The translations under genes were made by a program, and so were the position numbers. Shown here one piece after another: positions 1 through 11,742 of a stretch of DNA of 64,000 nucleotides. Position 1 is the stretch's first letter. Each line of letters opens with the position of its first letter. This DNA comes from Octopus vulgaris (Eukaryota): positions 4,464,001-4,528,000 of the forward strand of contig OX597843.1 of NCBI GenBank assembly GCA_951406725.2. The letters are read 5' to 3'. The notes under the pieces were generated by a model, which searched no databases, was not told the origin of the DNA, and saw nothing but the letters and a program-made list of their open reading frames with translations.

Positions 1-297
1 TGAGTGGTACTCCAAGAGGCTTTTAAGGGGTGCTTCAAAAGTTGGTATGATGTGCCAGGAACCTGAATGGGGTTCCAGGAATTTGAGTAGTACTCCAAAG
101 TTTGAGCAATGTCTCAGAAGTTTGAGTGATACTCCAGAAGTTTGAGTAGCATTTCAGGAATTTGAGTGGTGTCTCAGTAGCTTGTGCTGACAACCGGACT
201 TCGACTGGGCCAAAAAACACCTAGACGCCAAGAAAACATAAAACAAACATTAAAAAACATATATTCAAATCATGGATGTTTTGTTATTGTTATAAAT

Positions 298-331
<34 letters not shown>

Positions 332-429
332 CACGTGATCACGTGACCGACCAGACCATCAGATGTTGTTACACATCGCTGGTCACAATGCGTTCACATT
401 GCTTTTTAGCCTTCAAATGACGTCACCCC

Positions 430-605
430 GCTGGCTAAGCGAGCAGAGGAAAGAGTGGTGAAAGAGTACAGCAGGGATCACCACCCCCTGCCGGAGCCTC
501 GTGGAGCTTTTAGGTGTTTTTGCTCAATAAACACTCACAACGCCCGGTCTGGGAATCGAAACCGCGAGTCCACTGCCCTAACCACTGGGCCATTGTGCCT
601 CCACC
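430..605 (-). mobile_element. tRNA-derived SINE, family C, 5' part
   Basis: Minus strand reads GGAGGCACAATGGCCCAGTGGTTAGGGCAG..GGTTTCGATTCCCAGACC (Pol III A/B-box-like head); same family at 23877-24250 and 56965-57340. Confidence 0.75.
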
Positions 606-620
606 ATATATATATATATA

Positions 621-995
621 TTCTTTCACTTGTTTCAGTTTTGGCTGCAGCAATGCTGGAGCACCCACTTAAGGGTAGTTTTCACCAAACAAATTGACCC
701 GCTAGGGCTTATTCCTTGTAAGCCTAGTACTTATTGTATTGGTCTCTTTTGCCAAACCGCTAAGTTACAGAGACATAAACACACCAACACTGGTTGTCAA
801 ATGATGGGGGGCAAACACAGACACAAACACATAGATATATATATGTATACATATATACGACAGGCTTCTTTCAGTTTCCGTCTACCAAATCCACTCACAA
901 GGCTTTGGTTAGCCCGAGGCTATAGTAGATGACACTTGCCGAAGGTGCCACGCAGTGGGACTGCAAGCTTCTTACTACACAGCGACGCCTGCACT
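621..995 (-). mobile_element. tRNA-derived SINE, family A (diverged copy)
   Basis: Matches the reverse complement of the element at 4948-5360, including the internal (TA/CA)n tract. Confidence 0.8.
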
Positions 996-1054
996 TATTC
1001 TTATCACACAGCAACACCTGTATATATCTGCCGAAATTGCGAGGATGATCCGGT

Positions 1055-1240
1055 GGCACGTAAAAAGCACCCACTACACTCACGGAGTGGTTGGCATTAG
1101 GAAGGGCATCCAGCTGTAGAAACATTGCCAGATAAGACCGGAGCCTGGTGCAGCCTTCTGGCTTCTCAGATCCTCGGCCAAACCGTCCAACCCATGCTAG
1201 CATGGAAAGCGGACGTTAAACGATGATGATGATGATGATG
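1055..1240 (+). mobile_element. 5'-truncated 3' end of RTE-like LINE (family D) with (GAT)n tail and target-site duplication
   Basis: GATGATCCGGT at 1044-1054 and 1237-1247; the uninterrupted host repeat is seen at about 36830-36890; body matches 38745-38916. Confidence 0.8.
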
Positions 1241-1348
1241 ATCCGGTTCTTGACTGAAGATTGAAGGCTTCGAATGTCCCGTCCGTGTTTTTTGTATCGT
1301 CTTCTAAATGTTTTGCGTTCTTGTCCCAGTTTGTATTTTTTTACAAAT

Positions 1349-1383
<35 letters not shown>

Positions 1384-1401
1384 GATAAATTTAGATGAAT
1401 A

Positions 1402-1970
1402 CAGTGATCCCTCGTTTATCGCGGTAGATTGGTTCCGAGGCCGGCCGCGATAACTGAATTTCCGCGAAGTCGGGACACCATATTTACAGTATTTATTTAA
1501 CGTGTATTTGGACTTTTAAAACCCTTCCTGTACTGTTAACAACCCACCCATTACAGTAGTCTATTAATAACAAAGACGACTGTTAACCCTTCAGTGTTCG
1601 CATTATTCTACCAAAGTTAATCCTTTTTCATCCACATTGCCTTGAACTAATCAGGCATTATCTTGTAGCTATGAGATTTTGATGAGGTAGCTGTTAATTT
1701 TTAAAACGATATTGTAGGGTTGGTGTGAGAGACCAGATCTGGCCAGTTTGACCATAAAACAGGCAGAATACTTTTGGCCAGATATGGTCAGTTTAAATGC
1801 TAAAGGGTCAAGCAGTAACACTTTAGATTTAAAAAAATAAAGATTGTTCCTGTTACACAGGCCTGATTACAAAACAGAAAGCTGTGATTCGTCGTCTCTC
1901 TTCATTGCATCAATCACAGCCCGTCTAAAGTTCAAATACCCCTGTATACACCATGTTTTTCCACATGTGT
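1402..1970. mobile_element. Tigger/pogo-like DNA transposon end, interrupted by a MITE
   Basis: Starts TA|CAGTGATCCCTCG, typical of Tigger termini; no second TIR found, right boundary approximate. Confidence 0.45.
1587..1807. mobile_element. piggyBac-like MITE
   Basis: TTAA|CCCTT...AAGGG|TCAA; same family in opposite orientation at 39335-39546. Confidence 0.7.
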
Positions 1971-2050
1971 CTTCGGAGGGATTCTGGCTGCTATATTTAA
2001 TGTTTTTTTTATCAACCAGGCTTCCTTCATGGCTCAAAGACTATATACAT

Positions 2051-2081
<31 letters not shown>

Positions 2082-2082
<1 letters not shown>

Positions 2083-2335
2083 GGAGGCGCGTGGCTTAGT
2101 AGTTAGAGTGTCAGCATCATGATCGTAAGATTGTGGTTTCGATTTCCTGGACCGGGTGACGTGTTGTGTTCTTGAGCAAAACACTTCATTTTCACATTGC
2201 TCCAATCCACTCAGCTGACAAAAATGAGTAAAGCTGCGATGGACTGGCATCCCGTCCAGCTGGGGAACACATACGCCATAGAAACCGGGAAACGGGGTCC
2301 ATGAGCCTAGCTAGGCTTTAAAAGGGTGCATTTAC
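2082..2335 (+). mobile_element. tRNA-derived SINE (family C-related)
   Basis: GGAGGCGCGTGGCTTAGTAGTTAGAG..GGTTTCGATTTC head; tail shared with 28730-28830. Confidence 0.65.
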
Positions 2336-3030
2336 TTTATATATATATATCTGAACATACATACAATCTGTGCGTGAGTGTAGTTGTGGTTTAACCCCAA
2401 GTTAACCTGTCTGTGTAGATTAAGGCATTCCGGCCATGACTATCCCGTCTTTATAGGAATATGTTGCACTACATGATGCAACGTTTTTAAGCTGGTGATG
2501 TTTGTTTTAAAGCGAGATTTTGTTGTTACTAACACAGTACTTTGAGCATCATGTAAAAGATCTCATGTTAGCTGAACAGCTTCCCTAAGTAAATAACTTG
2601 AATGTATATATTTACAAACACAGGTGTGGGTGTATATATATATATACCTTAGTTATCGTATACAAACAACAAAGACAGATAAACAAAGAGACAAATATAT
2701 AGATTTAGTAAATAAACTAAAACAACCTGTATAGCTTAAGGGGTAGATCTGTCCGTGTGTGAGGAGTGAGGCGAATTCTAGCCGGTGAAGTGATCGGAAG
2801 GGACCAAATAGCGAAGAATATTGACATTGGTGATGGTCACATTTTGTAAACACGACCATCTTGGAGCCATTCTTACAAATTGTACTCCGAACGAGCGAGA
2901 GTGGCTACGGTGTAACGGCAAGCCACAAAGAGAAGGAAACAAATTTGCAAGAGTTATTGCCCTTTGGATTCGAGCACGTGTGTGTGTGTGTGTATGTGTC
3001 TTGTATCGATCTATTGCATTTCGATCTGTT

Positions 3031-3053
3031 TTAGGGTTAGGGTTAGGGTTAGG
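3031..3053 (+). repeat. Interstitial telomere-type repeat (TTAGGG)3-TTAGG
   Basis: Read directly. Confidence 0.9.
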
Positions 3054-3063
3054 AGCGGGGGAT

Positions 3064-3360
3064 GGATGAAAGGCAAAGTCGACCCCGGCGGAATTTGAAC
3101 TCAGAACGTAACGGCAGACGAAATACCTATTTCTTTACTACCCACAAGGGGCTAAACACAGAGGGGGACAAACAAGGACAGACATAGGTATTAAGTCGAT
3201 TATATCGACCCCAGTGCGAAACTGGTACTTAATTTATCGACCCTGAAAGGATGAAAGGCAAAGTCGACCTCGGCGGAATTTGAACTCAGGACGTAACGGT
3301 AGACGAAATACCGCTAAGCATTTCGCCCGGCGTGCTAACGATTCTGCCAGCTCGCCGCCT
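3064..3360 (-). mobile_element. SINE family B, partly duplicated
   Basis: Core GCCGAGGTCGACTTTGCCTTTCATCC on the minus strand twice; other copies at 24355-24560, 33780-34195, 40245-40468. Confidence 0.75.
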
Positions 3361-3711
3361 TATTCGATTAGCTTCTTTCGTCAAATAACTAAGTTACGGG
3401 GACGTAAACACACCAACACCGGTTGTCTAGCAGTCGCGTGGGACAAATATAGACACAAACATATATTTTGTTGTGTCTGGGAAAATCATTATGCCAATAT
3501 ATATATATATATAGGTACTATATATTGTAAGATCGACTACTTACGACTAGCTAGCGTGTCCAGTGCGCGCACCGGGTCCAGTCTTCGCTAGTAGTACCTA
3601 TTTCTTTATTACCCACAAGGGGCTAAACACAGAGGGGACAAACAAGGACAGACATAGGTATTAAGTAGTACCGCCACTGAGCGGGACTGAACCCGGAACC
3701 ATGTGGTTTGG

Positions 3712-4947
3712 AAGCTAACTGTGGGCCACCTCGCTATGCCACTGCTTCTATGGACACATTCAAACTCCGATGTCTGGCAGCTGACTTGGCAGACACCCCT
3801 AAAATTATTAACCATCTTACAAACAATAACTCTGAGCACATTTTCAAACTCCACCCGTCTAACACCCGTGGACATGTTTACAAAGTCAGAAAACAGCACA
3901 GCTCCTTCCATGACTTTCGGAAACATTTTTTCACACTCAGAGTTGCTGAAGCATGGAACAAACTGCCGGCATCAGTTGTTAGTTGTCGGAGCACTGCATC
4001 CTTCAAAACTTCCATGCTTCCTGAGATTCGCCAACACTACACCTGATCTTCTCCCCTCCATACACACGCTGAAGCATGGAACAAACTGCCGGCATCAGTT
4101 GTTAGTTGTCGGAGCACTGCATCCTTCAAAACTTCCATGCTTCCTGAGATTCGTCAACACTACACCTGATCTTCTCCCCTCCATACACACACTGAAGCAT
4201 GGAACAAACTGCCGGCATCAGTTGTTGGTTGTTGGAGCACTGCATCCTTCAAAACTTCCATGCTTCCTGAGATTCGTCAACACTACACCTGATCTTCTCC
4301 TCCCCTCCATACACACACTGAAGCATGGAACAAACTGCCGGCATCAGTTGTTGGTTGTTGGAGCACTGCATCTTTCAAAACTTCCATGCTTCCTGAGATT
4401 CGTCAACACTACACCTGATCTTCTCCCTCCATACACACACTGAAGCATGGAACAAACTGCCGGCATCAGTTGTTGGTTGTTGGAGCACTGCATCCTTCAA
4501 AACTTCCATGCTTCCTGAGATTCGTCAACACTACACCTGATCTTCTCCTCCCCTCCATACACACACTGAAGCATGGAACAAACTGCCGGCATCAGTTGTT
4601 GGTTGTTGGAGCACTGCATCCTTCAAAACTTCCATGCTTCCTGAGATTCGTCAACACTACACCTGATCTTCTCCTCCCCTCCATACACACACTGAAGCAT
4701 GGAACAAACTGCCGGCATCAGTTGTTGGTTGTTGGAGCACTGCATCCTTCAAAACTTCCATGCTTCCTGAGATTCGTCAACACTACACCTGATCTTCTTC
4801 TCCCTCCATACACAAACACACAAGCATGTATCTGACTCATGCATTGTTCACTTCCCAGACATTTGTACATTACTGCAGATGCTTTATTCGCACTTTGGAC
4901 AAGTTGAGGGGCACCTGAGCACTGTATACAATAATTTCATTATTATT
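3712..4947 (+). mobile_element. CR1-clade LINE 3' end carrying an internal tandem array
   Basis: ORF 3708..4046 has TRGH-x-YK..FFTLRVAEAWNKLP..FK, the CR1 ORF2 C-terminal signature; ends in an (ATT)n tail; unamplified copy at 12520-12882 (-). Confidence 0.85.
3946..4825 (+). repeat. Tandem array, 7 copies of a 122-126 bp CR1-derived unit
   Basis: CTGAAGCATGGAAC recurs at 3946, 4069, 4192, 4318, 4440, 4566, 4692. Confidence 0.95.
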
Positions 4948-5119
4948 AGGCGCAGGAGTGGCTGTGTAGTAAGTAGCTTGCTAACCAACCACATGGTTCC
5001 CGGTTCAGTCCCACTGCGTGGCACCTTGGGTAAGTGTCTTCTGCTATAGCCTCGGGCCGACCAATGCCTTGTGAGTGGATTTGGTAGACGGAAACTGAAA
5101 GAAGCCTGTCGTATATATG

Positions 5120-5154
<35 letters not shown>

Positions 5155-5360
5155 GTGTGTCTGTGTTTGTCCCCCTAGCATTGCTTGACAACCAATGCTG
5201 GTGTGTTTACGTCCCCGTTACTTAGCGGTTCGGCAAAAGAGACCGATAGAATAAGTACTGGGCTTACAAAAGAATAAGTCCCGGGGTCGATTTGCTCGAC
5301 TAAAGGCGGCGCTCCAGCATGGCCGCAGTCAAATGACTGAAACAAGTAAAAGAGTAAAGA
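4948..5360 (+). mobile_element. tRNA-derived SINE family A, full length
   Basis: Head GGCGCAGGAGTGGCTGTGT..GGTTCAGTCCC (A/B boxes), internal (TA)n/(TG)n, tail ..AAACAAGTAAAAGAGTAAAGAG. Confidence 0.85.
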
Positions 5361-5532
5361 GTATTATTATTATGAATTTAGGCATAACTACACAATAGGG
5401 CCCCAACTATTTTGTTGCTTTGTTACTGTGTCGTCTTGTAACATTCGGGAAAGTTGATGCTTTTTAAAGAGATTTTCTACAAATTTTTTTATTTTGACAC
5501 ATTCTACGAGTATACGAAGTTTTAAAGTTTTC

Positions 5533-5953
5533 GGCGATTTTTCGTCTCTAGTAGACCTTTCCGTCGATTTCCGTAAAAAAACTTCTTTTTTTTTACATAT
5601 GGCCTTGCGAGAACTTTTGAAGTAATGAGAGCGAAAGAGACTAAGAGAAAGCGATTGTATGACGAGGGAAGTTCTTTTGAAGTTACCGTGCATGTGAAGC
5701 ATTGCTGTACATGTGTGTGTGTGTTTGATGGGGTGTGGAGACAGACAGTATGTTGTGTAAGTGAAGTGCTTCTGTTAGTGTGTGTGAAGAGACAGAGAAT
5801 GTGTGAAAGAAAGAGATAACTGAATTTTTTTACTCGGTGTATGTGTATATATGTATGTATATTACTTCGAAAGTTCCCGCAAGCCCATATGCAAAAAAAA
5901 AATTTTTTTTACGGAAATCGACGGAAAGGTCTACTAGAGACGAAAGATCGCCC
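5533..5953. mobile_element. MITE with about 90-bp TIRs (possibly PIF/Harbinger-like)
   Basis: TTCGTCTCTAGTAGACCTTTCCGTCGATTTCCGT at left, its reverse complement at right ending GCCC|TTA; second copy 16628-17171. Confidence 0.75.
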
Positions 5954-6054
5954 TTATATTTTGTTTCAAGCGGATGTAAAAACCCAAAAAGGTTGACATC
6001 CCGCGCTAACATCTTCACTGCAGAGAGATAAACGATGGCGCCAAATCGAAAAAT

Positions 6055-7115
6055 CCCCCTCATCCTTCCTCATTTGGTCTTCTCCCCTTCTTCTTCCTCC
6101 ACCTCTCATGCTTTCTTTGTTTTTCCCTTTTGCCGTATCTTCTCTCCTCCCCTTTCTATACAAAACGTGTTTGTTGGTTACTCTCCCTTTCCCCCTCGCT
6201 TTTCTTCCCTCCCTTTACAACGTCATCTGAATCGTTGTCTTACTCATTTCTCTCCTCCTCCCCGTCCTCTTTCGTTCTCATTTCTGCCAACACTCATCTC
6301 CTCTCTCTCTCTTTGAATTATATTTGTCACTTTCTCTCTTTCCTCCTCCCTTTGTTTCCCTAAGTATCTTTTTGTTTTCTCGTCATTCCTCCTCCTCTCT
6401 CTAATACTCAAATCTGTATCGCTGACTGCTGCCCGTTCGTAGCCTCCCCTTTTCTCCTCTTCCTCCTCCTACACCATTTTTCTCTCTTACAATAAGTCTA
6501 ATCTCCTCTCTCTCTCTCTCTATCTTTAAAATCTATTTGTCCTTTTCGCTCCTTCCTCCTCCCTTGGTTTTTATATCTATCTCTCTTTCTACCTCTCCTC
6601 ATCCCGTTCTCCCTCCTCTCTCAAACACGTCAGTCTGTATGGCTGACTGGCTGTCCGTTCGTAGCCTCCTCCTCCCACACCATTTTTTCTCTCTCTTTAA
6701 AATCTATTTGTCCTTTCCGCTCCTTCCTCCTCCTTGGTTTCTATATCTATCTCTCTTTCTACCTCTCCTCCTCCCACACCATTTTTTTCTCTCTCTTTAA
6801 AATCCATTTGTCCTTTTCGCTCCTTCCTCCTCCCTTCGTTTCCATATGTATCTATCTTCCTACCTACCTCTCCTCATGCCTCTCTCCCTCCTCTCTCAAA
6901 CACTTCAGTCTGTATGACTAACTGCCTGCATGCCCGTTCGTAGCCTCCTCCTCCCACAATATTTTTTCTCTCTCTTTAAAACCCATTTGTCCTTTTCGTT
7001 CCTTCCTCCTCCCTTCGTTTCCATATCTATCTATCTATCTTCCTACCTCTCCTCATGCCTCTCTCTCTCCCTCCTCTCTCAAACACTTCAGTCTGTATGG
7101 CTGACTGCCTGCATG
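6055..7115. repeat. Polypyrimidine (CT-rich) degenerate tandem repeat
   Basis: TCAGTCTGTATGGCTGACTG-like motif recurs four times (about 6410, 6630, 6905, 7088) in CT-rich sequence. Confidence 0.7.
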
Positions 7116-7868
7116 CCCATTCGTCGCTGCGTGCCAGTAGTAGTAGCAAAGAGGCTCGCTACGCAGCACATCGTATATCGTCTGCCATAATAATATTTTC
7201 CCCTTCACTCTGCTTAAAAAGGTCAAAGTAATACGACCATGTAAACCCTACTAACTTAACTTGACCACAACTGGTCATTTCTTCACCTTCAGTCTCACGA
7301 AAAAAAAAAAAGTATCACATACCGAAACCACCCGAGTTCATCATCCGTCACTCTTCGTCCATTAAACTAACACGAAAAATACACAAACATACCTCGGCCG
7401 TACCCGTAGGATAATCTCGTAAGTCGGATATTTTTCAAAACTTTTACTGCCTCCACATTTCTTTCACCATTCTGTAATCTTTCATGTATCGAGAAATTAA
7501 AAATAATTAATCTCACAAAATTAATCAAAAAACAACAAAAACCCCGACCATTCATAACGACAAACGGCGATCCTTCGTTACGAATTAACCGAAATAGCAG
7601 TCAAATCTTTTTCAAATTCTGAAGGTGTACCCTTGCATGTATTTAAAAAAAACACAAAATTTAAATAGGAAAGGGAAAAACAAGCAATATCTGAAATAAA
7701 GATGGGATTGTCCTGGCGCTGGGGAAGTCTTTGACGGTTCCATGTTGCTAGGACAGGCTTGGCTTGGTCTTTGATTAAATAACAGCCACGATCTCTTTGG
7801 TTAAACCCCGTCCCTTTAGAATTCATATACGCATGGATGTGTAAATGTGTGTTTTATATAATGTATGG

Positions 7869-8140
7869 GCATTCCTTCGATATACCTCGACAAAACCAAA
7901 ACATTTCACTTCGGGTGTTTCCGTGGGTTTGTGGGGTTGTATAGAAATGACGAAATTATGCCAGCAATGTCTCGATTTAAACTTGAATAAAAAGAAAGCC
8001 TTGCATATTTGTTCTTATCTGTTTCATGTGTGGATGTATAAAATCCACAAATTTCCAAGCAGAAAAACAGAAATCGAGCTGTCATTTGCTTCCACGGAAA
8101 TACCCGAAGTGAAGGGATTTGGTTTTGTCGAGTTATAAAG
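7869..8140. mobile_element. MITE with about 55-bp TIRs (MULE-like family)
   Basis: CTCGACAAAACCAAA..TTCGGGTGTTTCCGTGG inverted as CCACGGAAATACCCGAA..TTTGGTTTTGTCGAG; second copy 17239-17513. Confidence 0.7.
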
Positions 8141-8254
8141 CAATTCTTTTAATTGATTAATGAAGATATTGCATCATTTGATAGAAACCGTTCTCATCAG
8201 ATGACAGCGTAGACTTCAAATATAAAGGATACCTATCTTTCTCTTTTTTTCTCT

Positions 8255-8461
8255 CTTTTACTTGTTTCAGTCATTTGACTGCGGCCATGCTGGAGCACCG
8301 CCTTTAGTCGAGCAGATCGACCCCGGGACTTATTCTTTGTAAGCCCAGTACTTATTCCATCGGTCTCTTTTGCCGAACCGCTAAGTAACGGGGACGTAAA
8401 CACACCAGCATCGATTGTCAAGCAATGCTAGGGGGACAGACACAGACACACAAACACATAT

Positions 8462-8515
<54 letters not shown>

Positions 8516-8675
8516 GACAGGCTTCTTTCAGTTTCCGTCTACCAAATCCACTCACAAGGCATTGGTCGGCCCGGGGCTATAGCAGAAAACACTTGCCCAA
8601 GGTGCCACGCAGTGGGACTGAACCCGGAACCATGTGGTTGGTAAGCAAGCTACTTACCACACAGCCACTCCTGCA
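8255..8675 (-). mobile_element. SINE family A, full length
   Basis: Reverse complement of 4948-5360. Confidence 0.85.
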
Positions 8676-10056
8676 CTGTTTTAACCTGGACGTTATCAAA
8701 GAAGCTTGAGAGGCGGTTGGATGGAACCTACACTCGCCTCCTTATGAGAGCTCAAAATCTCTCGTGGAAGCATCATCCAACCAAAGTGCAAATATATGGG
8801 AAACTACCACCTGTGTCATCTCTTGTGAAAGGTAGGAGAGTCAAGTTTGCTGGACATTGTTGTAGAGCTGGAAAAGAGGTAATCTCTACTCTCCTTCTCT
8901 GGAAGCCATCTGCTCGCAATACCAGAGGGCTCACACTCTCCTACCCTGATGTAATCTCCAGGGATACAGGCATCCAGCAACATGACCTCCGTAGTGCCAT
9001 GATGGACCGTGAAGTCTGGCGTAGCATGGTAAATTCCATTATCTCGACCACGGTCAAACAATGAATGATGATGATGGTTAGGGTTAGGGTTCTCTTGTGG
9101 AAGCGTCATCCAACCAAAGTACAAATATATAGGAAACTACCACCTGTGTCATCTCTTGTGAAAGGTGGGAGAGTCCAGTTTGCTGGACATTGTTGTAGAG
9201 CTGAAAAAGAGGTAATTTCTACTCTCTTCCTCTGGAAGCCATCTGCTCGCAATACCAGAGGGCTCACACTCTCCTACCCTGATGTAATCTCCAGGGATAC
9301 AGGCATCCAGCAACAGGACCTCCGTAATGCCATGATGGACCGTGAAGTCTGGCGTAGCATGGTAAATTCCATTGTCTTGACCACGGTCGAACAATGATGA
9401 TGATGATGGTTAGGGTTTTCTTGTGGAAGCGCCATCCAACCAAAATGCAAATATATGGGAAACTACCACCTGTGTCATCTCTTGTGAAAGGTAGGAGAGT
9501 CCAGTTTGCTGGACACTGTTGTAGAGCTGAAAAAGAGGTAATCTCTACTCTTCTCCTCTGGAAGCCATCTGCAAGCAATACCAGATGGCACACACTCTCC
9601 TACCCTGATGTGATCTCCAGGGATACAGGCATCCAGCAACAGGACCTCCGTAGTGCCATGATGGACCGTGAAGTCTGGCGTAGCATGGTAAATTCCATTG
9701 TCTCGACCACTGTCAAACAATGATGATGATAGTTAGGGTTAGGGTTTTCTTGTGGAAGCGCCATCCAACCAAAATGCAAATATATGGGAAACTACCACCT
9801 GTGTCATCTCTTGTGAAAGGTAGGAGAGTCCAGTTTGCTGGACATTGTTGTAGAGCTGAAAAAGAGGTAATCTCTACTCTTCTCCTCTGGAAGCCATCTG
9901 CTCGCAATACCAGAGGTGCACACTCTCCTACCCTGATGTAATCTCTAGGGATACAGGCATCCAGCAACAGGACCTCCGTAGTGCCATGATGGACCGTGAA
10001 GTCTGGCGTAGCAGAGTAAATTCCATTGTCTCGACCACAGTCGAACAATGATGAGG
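8676..10056 (+). mobile_element. RTE-like LINE 3' end, four tandem copies of about 330 bp
   Basis: ORFs 8717, 9065, 9394, 9720 all encode RRVxFAGHCCR..LLWKP..MMDREVWR (RTE ORF2 C-terminus) followed by a (GAT)n tail; periods 333/326/329 bp. Confidence 0.85.
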
Positions 10057-10149
10057 ATGTTAACATATTCACATCAATAATGGAACTCAAAATATTTACA
10101 TCGTTTCTGTTGTTGTATCTCTGGCAGAAGGAGTTTCGAAAGCAATGCA

Positions 10150-10575
10150 TACTTTGTTTCAGTCATTTGAGTTCGGGGCCATGCTGGAGCACCGCCTTTA
10201 GTCGAGCAAATCGACCCCCAGGACTTAGTCTTTGTAAGCCTAGTACTTATTCTATCGGTCTCTCTTGCCGAACTGACGGGGACGTAGACACACCAGCATC
10301 GGTTGTCAAGTGATGTTGAGGGGACAAACACAGACACACAAACATATACACATACATACATATATATATATATATATGAGATTTATCATTATATACCTAT
10401 ATATATACATATACACGACAGGCTTCTTTCAGTTTCTGTCTACCAAGTCCACTCACAAGGCTTTGGTCGGCTTAAGGCTATAGTAGAAGACATGCCCAAG
10501 GTGCCACGCAGTGGGAATGAACCCGGAGCCATGTGATTGGTAAGCAAGCTACTTACCACACAGCCACTCCTGTAC
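10150..10575 (-). mobile_element. SINE family A
   Basis: Reverse complement match to 4948-5360. Confidence 0.8.
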
Positions 10576-10734
10576 CCATGTCAAACGTTTTCTTTCAAAT
10601 GGTGTAATGTTTTCATACACACACACATACTAACATACATACACACACACACACACATTATATATATGTATATATATATATAATCGTTTTCTTGAGTTAT
10701 ACGTTCTTGTCCATGTTGTAATTTTCTACATACC

Positions 10735-10776
<42 letters not shown>

Positions 10777-10997
10777 CATAGGCGATCATTCGGTCCTAGT
10801 AACATAACTGTCACTTATAAACCCACGTGGGTTTATTTACATTTCTGAAGAAAAGAAGATAATCTTCCCCCCACCACTAACCCCATATATATAAAAAATC
10901 AAACATTTTATGGAAAGTGACGATCTTCTTCAAATGTAAACAAATACACGTGAGGTAAAATGGGACTCATATCGAAAGAATGCCTATATATATATAT

Positions 10998-11155
10998 ATT
11001 CTCTCCTTGTTTCTTTCTGTGTCCCTTTCTGTAGAAGAGCGTAGGCTCGAAACGTAAAAGACCTTTTCTATTCCTGAGCGTTATACTAATACATCTGTTT
11101 GTTTTGTACTCCACCTGTCTTCGCCTTTTGCTTTTTTTTTCGTAAACTCTCCCTA
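10998..11155 (+). mobile_element. Short dispersed repeat, Penelope-like terminus (tentative)
   Basis: GAGCGTAGGCTCGAAACGTAAAAGAC also at about 32801 and 37042; always flanked by (TA)n. Confidence 0.45.
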
Positions 11156-11179
11156 TATATACATATACACACACATATA

Positions 11180-11742
11180 TATATACGACGGGCTTCTTTC
11201 AGTTTCCGTCTACCAAATCCACTCACAAGGCTTTGGTCGGCCCGAGGCTATAGTAGAAGACACTTGCCCTAGGTGCCACACAGTGGGAATGAACCTGGAA
11301 CCATGTTGTTGGTAGACAAGCTACTTACCACACAGCCACTCTTATGTATATTTACTCTTTTACTTGTTTCAGTCATTTGACTGCGGCCATGCTGGAGCAC
11401 CGCCCTTAATCGAGCAACTCGACCCCGGGACTTATTCTTTTGTAAGCCCAGTACTTATTCTAACGGTCTCTTTTGCCGAACCGCTAGGTAACGGGGACAT
11501 AAACACACCAGCGTCGGTTGTCAAGCAATGCTAGGGGGGCAAACACACACACACGCATATATAAATATACATATACAGATATACGACAGGCTTCTTTCAG
11601 TTTCCGTCTACCAAATCCACTCACAAGGCATTGGTCGGTCCGAGGCTATAGCAGAAGACACTTGTCCAAGGTGCCACGCAGTGGGAATGAATATGGAACC
11701 ATGTGGTTGGTAAGCAAGCTACTTACCACACAGCCACTCTTA
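11180..11742 (-). mobile_element. SINE family A: head fragment plus full-length copy
   Basis: Head at 11180-11345 and full copy at 11353-11742. Confidence 0.8.

Noticed and set aside
3031-3053. Chromosome end
   Set aside because: Only about 4 repeats, embedded in ordinary sequence.
3703-4835. 246-aa and 121-aa repeat proteins
   Set aside because: Off-frame translation of a tandemly amplified CR1 tail.
4948-5020. tRNA genes at SINE heads (also 23877, 24273, 57270-57340)
   Set aside because: A/B-box-like motifs run into SINE bodies; no convincing cloverleaf.
6035-7190. Hydrophobic S/L/P/F-rich ORFs
   Set aside because: Products of CT-rich low-complexity repeats.
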